Part shown: one piece after another, positions 1 to 5,989 of the stretch
Layout: every line of letters begins with the position of its first letter
How positions within the stretch are numbered: the stretch's first letter is position 1
DNA from: a virus
Taxonomy: Duplodnaviria; Heunggongvirae; Uroviricota; Caudoviricetes
Direction: 5' to 3' (one strand)
IMG/VR virus record: IMGVR_UViG_2657245634_000021
Coordinates: 1-6,535 of that record
DNA: 6,535 bases
Notes under the pieces: model-generated
What the model was told of the DNA's origin: nothing
Seen by the model: the letters and a program-made list of their open reading frames with translations, nothing else
Database searches by the model: none
Made by a program: the position numbers and the translations under genes

Positions 1-1101
1 ATGAAATTTACCGTAGAACGTGAGCATTTATTAAAACCGCTACAACAGGTGAGCGGTCCGTTAGGTGGTCGTCCTACGCTACCGATTCTCGGTAATCTGC
101 TGTTACAGGTTGCTGACGGTACGTTGTCGCTGACCGGTACTGATCTCGAGATGGAAATGGTGGCACGTGTTGCGCTGGTTCAGCCACACGAGCCAGGAGC
201 GACGACCGTTCCGGCGCGCAAATTCTTTGATATCTGCCGTGGTCTGCCTGAAGGCGCGGAAATTGCCGTGCAGCTGGAAGGTGAACGGATGCTGGTACGC
301 TCCGGGCGTAGCCGTTTTTCGCTGTCTACCCTGCCAGCGGCGGATTTCCCGAACCTCGATGACTGGCAGAGTGAAGTCGAATTTACCCTGCCGCAGGCAA
401 CGATGAAGCGTCTGATTGAAGCGACCCAGTTTTCTATGGCGCATCAGGACGTTCGCTATTACTTAAATGGTATGCTGTTTGAAACCGAAGGTGAAGAACT
501 GCGCACCGTGGCAACCGACGGCCACCGTCTGGCGGTCTGTTCAATGCCAATTGGTCAATCTTTGCCAAGCCATTCGGTGATCGTACCGCGTAAAGGCGTG
601 ATTGAACTGATGCGTATGCTCGACGGCGGCGACAATCCGCTGCGCGTACAGATTGGCAGCAACAACATTCGCGCCCACGTTGGCGACTTTATCTTCACCT
701 CCAAACTGGTGGATGGTCGCTTCCCGGATTATCGCCGCGTTCTGCCGAAGAACCCGGACAAACATCTGGAAGCTGGCTGCGATCTGCTCAAGCAGGCGTT
801 TGCTCGCGCGGCGATTCTCTCTAACGAGAAATTCCGCGGCGTACGTCTTTATGTCAGCGAAAACCAGCTGAAAATCACCGCCAACAACCCGGAACAGGAA
901 GAAGCGGAAGAGATCCTCGACGTTACCTATAGCGGTGCGGAGATGGAAATCGGCTTCAACGTCAGCTATGTGCTGGATGTTCTGAACGCGCTGAAATGCG
1001 AAAACGTCCGCATGATGCTGACCGATTCGGTTTCCAGCGTGCAGATTGAAGATGCCGCATCACAGTCGGCTGCCTATGTTGTCATGCCAATGAGACTGTA
1101 A
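1..1101 (+). CDS. dnaN: DNA polymerase III beta sliding clamp (DnaN), full length 366 aa
   Basis: Intact ORF from ATG at 1 to TAA at 1099-1101. The translation ([37 protein letters not shown]...VVMPMRL) matches my recollection of E. coli DnaN over its whole length. Its stop overlaps the next start as TAATG, as in the native dnaN-recF arrangement. Confidence 0.96.
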
Positions 1102-1601
1102 TGTCCCTCACCCGCTTGTTGATCCGCGATTTCCGCAACATTGAAACCGCGGATCTCGCTTTATCTCCCGGCTTTAACTTTCTGGTAGGTGCCAACGGCA
1201 GTGGCAAAACCAGCGTGCTGGAAGCCATCTATACGCTCGGCCATGGTCGGGCGTTTCGCAGTTTGCAGATTGGTCGCGTCATTCGCCATGAGCAGGAGGC
1301 ATTTGTTCTCCATGGGCGATTACAGGGCGAAGAGCGCGAGACGGCGATTGGCTTAACCAAGGACAAACAGGGCGACAGCAAAGTCCGCATCGACGGTACT
1401 GACGGGCATAAAGTCGCGGAACTGGCGCACCTGATGCCAATGCAGCTGATAACGCCAGAAGGGTTTACTTTACTCAACGGCGGCCCCAAATACAGAAGAG
1501 CATTCCTCGACTGGGGATGCTTTCACAACGAACCCGGATTTTTCACCGCCTGGAGCAATCTCAAGCGATTGCTCAAGCAGCGCAATGCGGCGCTGCGCCA
1601 G
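1101..1601 (+). pseudogene. recF: recF 5-prime fragment (about the first 167 codons), fused in frame to phage-derived sequence
   Basis: ATG at 1101 overlapping the dnaN stop. N-terminus [38 protein letters not shown] carries the RecF Walker A motif (GANGSGKT). RecF-like sequence is recognisable up to ...[14 protein letters not shown] (ending near 1601); after that the protein no longer resembles RecF, and the distal two-thirds of RecF (about 357 aa in E. coli, from memory) is absent. The hybrid ORF continues to a TGA at 1899-1901. Confidence 0.85.
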
Positions 1602-1901
1602 ACAAATGCGGAGCTGTACGAGTACCGCGAACAGAAAATTGCCGCCGGTTTTACGTGTCTGGCGGACGTCCCGGCGGACGATATCGACGGTGAAAGCATC
1701 AAAGTTTTTTACTACGAGCGCGCCGTGTGTGCGATGGCGACCGCGTCGCTTTATGAGCGTTATCGCGGCGTGGATGCCAGTGCGAAAGGTGACAAGAAGG
1801 CTGACAGCATTGACAGCACCATTGATGAGCTGTGGCGGGATATGCGCTGGGCGGTGGCGCGTATCCAGGACAAACCGCGCTGCATCGTGAGTCAAATCTG
1901 A
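1602..1901 (+). pseudogene. 3-prime fragment of the P2-type phage late gene upstream of X (probably head completion protein gpL), 5-prime end missing
   Basis: Same reading frame as the recF fragment. Translation [99 protein letters not shown] is unrelated to RecF. Its stop overlaps the start of X (TGATG at 1899-1903). Assignment to L is by position in the P2 late gene order (L-X-Y-K-lysA-lysB-R) and is not verified by search. Confidence 0.55.
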
Positions 1902-2104
1902 TGAAGACCTTTGCGCTACAGGGCGACACGCTCGACGCCATTTGTGTCCGGTATTACGGGCGCACTGAGGGCGTGGTCGAAGCCGTGCTCGCCGCAAATC
2001 CGGGACTGGCTGAACTGGGTGCAGTGCTGCCGCACGGCACCGCCGTCGAACTGCCCGACGTTCAGACCGCGCCCGTGGCTGAAACTGTCAATCTGTGGGA
2101 GTAA
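1901..2104 (+). CDS. X: P2-type phage tail protein X (gpX), 67 aa
   Basis: ATG at 1901 overlapping the upstream stop. Translation MKTFALQGDTLDAICVRYYGRTEGVVEAVLAANPGLAELGAVLPHGTAVELPDVQTAPVAETVNLWE matches recalled P2 gpX. The ORF-track start at 1832 is rejected as an upstream extension. Confidence 0.85.
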   Translation: MKTFALQGDTLDAICVRYYGRTEGVVEAVLAANPGLAELGAVLPHGTAVELPDVQTAPVAETVNLWE

Positions 2105-2107
2105 CGC

Positions 2108-2389
2108 ATGACAGCAGAAGAAAAAAGCGTCCTGTCGCTTTTTATGATTGGGGTGCTGATTGTTGTCGGCAAGGTGCTTGCCGGTGGTGAACCCATCACC
2201 CCGCGTCTGTTTATCGGGCGCATGTTGCTCGGTGGTTTTGTCTCGATGGTTGCCGGTGTTGTTCTGGTGCAGTTTCCTGACCTGTCACTGCCTGCGGTGT
2301 GCGGCATCGGCTCCATGCTGGGTATCGCCGGTTATCAGGTGATTGAGATTGCCATTCAGCGCCGCTTTAAGGGCAGGGGGAAACCGTAA
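2108..2389 (+). CDS. Y: P2-type holin (gpY), 93 aa
   Basis: ATG at 2108 with a GGGAG Shine-Dalgarno 6 nt upstream. The product is hydrophobic with membrane-spanning stretches (LSLFMIGVLIVVGKVLAGG..., GGFVSMVAGVVLVQF..., GIGSMLGIAGYQVI) and a basic C-terminus (RRFKGRGKP), typical of holins. Position and size fit P2 Y. Confidence 0.85.
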   Translation: MTAEEKSVLSLFMIGVLIVVGKVLAGGEPITPRLFIGRMLLGGFVSMVAGVVLVQFPDLSLPAVCGIGSMLGIAGYQVIEIAIQRRFKGRGKP

Positions 2390-2886
2390 TGCCGGTAATT
2401 AACACGCATCAGAATATCGCCGCCTTTCTCGACATGCTGGCGGTGTCCGAAGGGACGGCAAATCATCCGCTGACGAAAAACCGGGGCTATGACGTGATAG
2501 TCACCGGACTGGACGGGAAGCCGGAAATTTTCACCGACTACAGTGACCACCCGTTCGCGCATGGCCGACCGGCGAAGGTGTTTAACCGTCGCGGTGAAAA
2601 GTCCACGGCCTCCGGTCGCTATCAGCAGCTTTACCTGTTCTGGCCGCACTACCGCAAACAGCTTGCCCTGCCGGATTTCAGTCCGTTGTCACAGGACAGA
2701 CTCGCCATTCAGTTGATCCGCGAACGCGGTGCACTGGATGACATCCGGGCGGGACGCATTGAGCGCGCCATTTCACGCTGTCGCAATATCTGGGCGTCCC
2801 TGCCGGGTGCCGGTTACGGTCAGCGTGAGCATTCACTGGAAAAACTGGTCACCGTCTGGCGTACCGCTGGCGGCGTACCGGCTTAA
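2389..2886 (+). CDS. K: P2-type endolysin (gpK), 165 aa
   Basis: ATG at 2389 overlapping the Y stop (TAATG). Translation MPVINTHQNIAAFLDMLAVSEGTANHPLTKNRGYDVIVTG... matches recalled P2 gpK lysozyme. The holin-endolysin order is canonical. Confidence 0.9.
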   Translation: MPVINTHQNIAAFLDMLAVSEGTANHPLTKNRGYDVIVTGLDGKPEIFTDYSDHPFAHGRPAKVFNRRGEKSTASGRYQQLYLFWPHYRKQLALPDFSPLSQDRLAIQLIRERGALDDIRAGRIERAISRCRNIWASLPGAGYGQREHSLEKLVTVWRTAGGVPA

Positions 2887-2900
2887 ACGGAGTAAACACC

Positions 2901-3326
2901 ATGAAGAAATTATCCCTTTCACTGATGCTGAACGTGTCGCTGGTGATGATGCTGGCACTGTCCCTGATTTACCCGCAGAGCGTGGCCGTCAGTTTTGTCG
3001 CCGCCTGGGCGATTCTGGCGACGGTTATCTGTGTGGTTGCCGGTGGTGTCGGCGTGTATGCCACCGAGTATGTACTTGAACGCTACGGGCGGGAGCTGCC
3101 GCCGGAATCGCTGGCCGTGAAGATTGTCACGTCGCTGTTTTTGCAGCCGGTGCCGTGGCGCAGACGGGCGGCGGCTCTGGTGGTGATGGTGGCGACGTTT
3201 ATCTCGCTGGTCGCTGCCGGGTGGATTTTTACTGCGCTGATTTACCTCGTGGCGTCGGTGTTCTTCCGGCTGATACGTACGGCCTGTCGTCAGCGTTTTG
3301 AGGGGCGGGAACCATGTCAAAGCTGA
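2901..3326 (+). CDS. lysA: P2-type lysis accessory membrane protein LysA, 141 aa
   Basis: ATG at 2901 with GGAG upstream. The product is strongly hydrophobic with several predicted transmembrane segments. Position immediately after K matches P2 lysA. Confidence 0.8.
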   Translation: MKKLSLSLMLNVSLVMMLALSLIYPQSVAVSFVAAWAILATVICVVAGGVGVYATEYVLERYGRELPPESLAVKIVTSLFLQPVPWRRRAAALVVMVATFISLVAAGWIFTALIYLVASVFFRLIRTACRQRFEGREPCQS

Positions 3327-3784
3327 TGATTGTGCTGGTCGTGTTGTTATCGCTGGCGGTGGCCGGTCTGTTTCTGGCGAAGCATGAAAACGCCAGCCTG
3401 CGCACCTCGCTGGACAGGGCGAACAACGTCGCCAGCGGGCAGCAGACGACCATCACCATGCTGAAAAATCAGCTTCATGTTGCCCTCACCAGAGCAGACA
3501 AAAACGAGCTGGCGCAGGTGGCACTGCGTCAGGAACTGGAGAACGCGGCGAAGCGTGAAGCACAGCGCGAGAAAACCATCACGAGGTTACTGAATGAAAA
3601 CGAAGATTTTCGCCGCTGGTACGGCGCTGACCTGCCTGATGCTGTGCGCCGGTTGCACCAGCGCCCCGCCTGCACCGACGCCAGTGATTGTCCCCAACGC
3701 CTGCCCGAAAGTGAGTCTTTGCCCGATGCCGGGCAGCGCCCCGGAGACGAACGGCGATTTAAGTGCCGATATCCGGCAGCTTGA
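3314..3784 (+). CDS. lysB: P2-type LysB, Rz-like inner-membrane spanin, 156 aa as read
   Basis: ATG at 3314 overlaps the lysA 3-prime end by 13 nt. N-terminal transmembrane segment (MSKLMIVLVVLLSLAVAGLFLA) followed by a charged, probably helical periplasmic region, typical of i-spanins. Position matches P2 lysB. Confidence 0.8.
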   Translation: MSKLMIVLVVLLSLAVAGLFLAKHENASLRTSLDRANNVASGQQTTITMLKNQLHVALTRADKNELAQVALRQELENAAKREAQREKTITRLLNENEDFRRWYGADLPDAVRRLHQRPACTDASDCPQRLPESESLPDAGQRPGDERRFKCRYPAA

Positions 3785-3884
3785 GAACGCGCTGGCGCGC
3801 TGTGCCAGCCAGGTAAAAATGATTAAACACTGTCAGGACGAAAACGATGCTCAAACCCGACAGCCTGCGCAGGGCGCTGACTGA
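3594..3884 (+). CDS. lysC: P2-type LysC, Rz1-like outer-membrane lipoprotein spanin, 96 aa
   Basis: ATG at 3594 with GAGG 7 nt upstream, in an alternative frame inside lysB, extending past the lysB stop and into the start of R. Signal peptide with a lipobox-like Cys (MKTKIFAAGTALTCLMLCAGC) followed by a Pro-rich segment (TSAPPAPTPVIVPNACP), hallmarks of o-spanins. Confidence 0.75.
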   Translation: MKTKIFAAGTALTCLMLCAGCTSAPPAPTPVIVPNACPKVSLCPMPGSAPETNGDLSADIRQLENALARCASQVKMIKHCQDENDAQTRQPAQGAD

Positions 3885-4149
3885 TGCCGTCACGGTGCTG
3901 AAAACCAGTCCCGAGATGCTGCGGATATTCGTGGATAACGGGAGTATTGCCTCCACACTGGCGGCGTCGCTGTCATTTGAAAAGCGTTACACGCTCAATG
4001 TCATTGTGACCGACTTTACCGGTGATTTTGACCTGCTCATCGTGCCGGTGCTGGCGTGGCTGCGGGAAAATCAGCCCGACATCATGACCACCGACGAAGG
4101 CCAGAAAAAGGGCTTCACGTTTTATGCAGACATCAACAATGACAGCAGC
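3847..4149 (+). pseudogene. R: P2-type tail completion protein gpR, 5-prime fragment (about 100 codons), 3-prime end replaced
   Basis: ATG at 3847. Translation MLKPDSLRRALTDAVTVLKTSPEMLRIFVDNGSIASTLAASLSFEKRYTLNVIVTDFTGDFDLLIVPVLAWLRENQPDIMTTDEGQKKGFTFYADINNDSS matches recalled P2 gpR. The remaining 24 codons of the ORF (to 4224) are low-complexity and are the antisense of a well-formed ParA-like coding sequence, so I place the breakpoint near 4147-4160. The endpoint is approximate. Confidence 0.7.
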
Positions 4150-4361
4150 TTTGATATCAGCATATCAAATTTCTCAACAAGGGTTATTGCTGGTAACAGT
4201 CCTGCAGCTTCTCGTTCCGCATGATGTTTTGCGGCTGTTCGTTGTAGATCTCCGTTTAACAGGCAGACTTCCCTTCCTTTATTTGCTAGAGCAATAGCCA
4301 GGTTTGATGCAATGGTAGTTTTCCCTGAACCACCTTTGTTCCCACCAACTACAGTAATCAT
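4150..4361 (-). pseudogene. ParA-like (type Ib, deviant Walker A) partition ATPase, N-terminal fragment of about 70 codons
   Basis: Minus-strand ATG at 4359-4361 with GAGG 5-8 nt upstream. Translation MITVVGGNKGGSGKTTIASNLAIALANKGREVCLLNGDLQRTAA... has the deviant Walker A KGGSGKTT (4314-4346) and the downstream D-x-Q region typical of ParA/MinD/Soj ATPases. The ORF ends after 79 aa where it runs into antisense P2 R sequence; intact ParA proteins are about 200 aa or more. Confidence 0.7.
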
Positions 4362-4589
4362 TGCAACCTCATAAATATGATGTGTGAAGTATGATGATAT
4401 TTTGACACGGTAACCTGAGGTGTCAATATGTGTTCATATTTATGAAGTATGAAATATGAAGTGTGTCATGTGATGTAATAAATAATACTTGTGTTTTGTG
4501 ATTTCATAACTATGATAGTGCTCAAATTGAGTATTACATTGCAACCAGAAACAATGATTTACTCAGATTGAGTATTTAAGGGGCTATAG
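4362..4589. promoter_or_regulatory. AT-rich divergent intergenic region with iteron-like repeats; candidate parC-type centromere and promoter/operator
   Basis: Four copies of the octamer TATGA(A/T)G(T/A) at 4376, 4390, 4441 and 4455, as two pairs with 14-bp spacing. The pairs flank a 7-bp inverted repeat TTGACAC (4402-4408) / GTGTCAA (4420-4426) that presents TTGACA, a perfect -35 hexamer, on both strands. A TATGAT -10-like hexamer sits at 4511-4516 and an AAGGGG Shine-Dalgarno at 4577-4582 before the parM ATG. Function is inferred by analogy with R1 parC, where ParR-bound iterons flank the promoter. Confidence 0.5.
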
Positions 4590-5561
4590 ATGAACGTATA
4601 CTGCGATGATGGTTCAACAACAATCAAGTTGGCATGGAATGATAATGGGGAAATCTGTAAGTCGTTGTCGCAAAACTCATTTCGTCATGGATGGAAGGTT
4701 GACGGGTTAGGAATTCGCCAGACATTTAACTATGAACTGGATGGTAAAAAATACACGTATGATGAAGTTAGCAACCAATCTATTCTTACGACTCATATTG
4801 AGTATCAATATACGGATGTTAACCTGTTAGCTGTGCATCACGCTTTACTGAATAGTGGATTAGCGCCTCAGCCTGTATCATTGACTGTGACTTTGCCTAT
4901 CAGTGAGTTCTATACGAAAGAGTGTCAAAAAAATGAACTCAACATTCAGCGTAAAATTGAGAATTTAATGGGGCCGATTCGTCTTAATAAAGGCGATGTT
5001 TTCACCATTGAACACGTTGATGTGATGCCTGAATCATTGCCAGCTGTGTTTTCTCGTCTGGTCGTGGATAAAGTTGGTCAGTTCGAAAAATCGCTGGTAG
5101 TTGATATTGGCGGCACTACGCTTGATGTTGGTGTTATCGTTGGTCAATTTGACTCTGTAAGTGCCATTCATGGTAATTCTGGCATTGGTGTATCTTCAGT
5201 TACGAAAGCTGCAATGAGTGCATTGCGCATGGCATCCAGTGATACCAGTTTCCTCGTTGCAGATGAATTGATTAAACGTCGTAATGACCCGGACTTTGTT
5301 CGGCAGGTTATAAATGACGAAACAAAAACTGATCTGGTCCTTAATACCATTGAGGGGGCTATTGCCAGTTTGGGGGAGCAAGTAGTCAATGAGCTCGGTG
5401 ATTTCCATCATGTGAATCGTGTTTATGTTGTCGGTGGTGGGGCCCCGTTGATCTATGATTCGATAAAAACGGCATGGCACCATCTTGGGCAAAAAGTAGT
5501 GATGATGGAGTCGCCACAGACAGCACTGGTTGAAGCTATCGCGGCTTTCAAAGAGGAGTAA
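4590..5561 (+). CDS. parM: ParM/StbA-family actin-like plasmid segregation ATPase, 323 aa
   Basis: ATG at 4590 with an AAGGGG Shine-Dalgarno. Actin-fold phosphate-binding motifs DDGSTTIKL near the N-terminus and VVDIGGTTLDV mid-protein. Collinear similarity to recalled plasmid R1 ParM (for example FNY, YQYTDVN..AVHHALL, FTI..V.VMPES.PA, GVS.VT, VVGGGA). Confidence 0.9.
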   Translation: MNVYCDDGSTTIKLAWNDNGEICKSLSQNSFRHGWKVDGLGIRQTFNYELDGKKYTYDEVSNQSILTTHIEYQYTDVNLLAVHHALLNSGLAPQPVSLTVTLPISEFYTKECQKNELNIQRKIENLMGPIRLNKGDVFTIEHVDVMPESLPAVFSRLVVDKVGQFEKSLVVDIGGTTLDVGVIVGQFDSVSAIHGNSGIGVSSVTKAAMSALRMASSDTSFLVADELIKRRNDPDFVRQVINDETKTDLVLNTIEGAIASLGEQVVNELGDFHHVNRVYVVGGGAPLIYDSIKTAWHHLGQKVVMMESPQTALVEAIAAFKEE

Positions 5562-5565
5562 TATT

Positions 5566-5958
5566 GTGGACGATGAACGGAAAAGGAAAAAATACACACT
5601 TTATCTGCATCCGGAAAAAGCTGCAGACTTTCAAACTTTGGAAGCGATAGAGTCCGTTCCGCGTTCTGAGCGTGGTGAGCTGTTCCGGAATGCATTTATT
5701 TCTGGAATGGCGTTACACCAACTTGATCCTCGCCTGCCTGTATTGCTGACTGCCATTTTGAGCGAGGAGTTTTCAGCAGATCAGGTTGTAACCTTACTCA
5801 GTCAGACGACTGGATGGAAGCCTTCTCAGGCCGATATCAGAGCTGTGTTGACTGAACTCGGTGCTTCGCAATTTGCTGAAAAAATGCCTCCTTCTGCTAC
5901 TGATTCGGTGCAGGAGGCAATGAATGATGTGCGTCTTAAAATGAAAAAATTATTCTGA
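5566..5958 (+). CDS. parR: ParR/StbB-like centromere-binding adaptor protein, about 130 aa
   Basis: Proposed GTG start at 5566, 7 nt after a strong AAGAGGAG Shine-Dalgarno formed by the last parM codons; stop TGA at 5956-5958. The segment ESVPRSERGELFRNAFISGMALHQLDPRLPVLL resembles R1 ParR (SIPQGERSRLNRAALTAGLALYRQDPRTPFLL, from memory). The ORF-track ATG at 5530 lies inside parM with no Shine-Dalgarno and is rejected. Confidence 0.75.
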   Translation: MDDERKRKKYTLYLHPEKAADFQTLEAIESVPRSERGELFRNAFISGMALHQLDPRLPVLLTAILSEEFSADQVVTLLSQTTGWKPSQADIRAVLTELGASQFAEKMPPSATDSVQEAMNDVRLKMKKLF

Positions 5959-5969
5959 TATATCAGAAT
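5944..5969 (-). terminator. Possible weak intrinsic terminator for the minus-strand umuC-like gene
   Basis: Perfect 18-bp palindrome ATTCTGATATATCAGAAT (5952-5969) about 20 nt past the umuC-like stop (5990-5992), followed on the minus strand by a U-tract (complement of AAAAAA at 5945-5950). The stem is AU-rich and has no real loop, so terminator strength is doubtful. It overlaps the parR stop codon. Confidence 0.3.
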
Positions 5970-5989
5970 GAAGCAATGGGGATCTCAGT

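Noticed and set aside
103-444. Minus- and plus-strand ORFs (103-444, 167-406, 541-765, 653-871) inside dnaN
   Set aside because: They are nested within the well-supported full-length dnaN frame and have no independent signals.
1470-1997. 175-aa minus-strand ORF spanning the recF/phage junction and the start of X
   Set aside because: It is entirely antisense to recognisable coding sequence, the product is Arg-rich and low-complexity, and no start context is evident. Long antisense ORFs are common in GC-rich coding DNA.
1832-2104. Upstream ATG at 1832 as the start of X (90-aa version)
   Set aside because: The extension overlaps the upstream gene's 3-prime end and has a Gly/Ala-rich junk N-terminus. 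The ATG at 1901 gives a 67-aa product with stop-start overlap and matches the recalled P2 gpX N-terminus (MKTFALQ...).
2919-3320. 133-aa minus-strand ORF antisense to lysA
   Set aside because: The product is extremely biased toward His, Arg and Gln, which is the typical antisense artefact of a hydrophobic membrane-protein gene. lysA on the plus strand explains the region.
4122-4361. Treating the 79-aa minus-strand ORF as a complete small protein
   Set aside because: Its last nine residues are the antisense of P2 R sequence and it has the N-terminal architecture of a ParA ATPase of about 200 aa or more. It is more likely a fragment truncated at the junction than a miniprotein.
4362-4589. Possible CRISPR array or small RNA gene in the AT-rich repeat region
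   Set aside because: The repeats are short (8-10 bp), irregularly spaced and without unique spacers of uniform length. The architecture fits partition-site iterons and promoter elements rather than CRISPR, and I could not support any stable structured RNA by eye.
5196-5597. 133-aa and 73-aa minus-strand ORFs antisense to parM
   Set aside because: The region is fully explained by the parM frame with conserved actin-fold motifs; the antisense ORFs have no ribosome-binding site or family resemblance.
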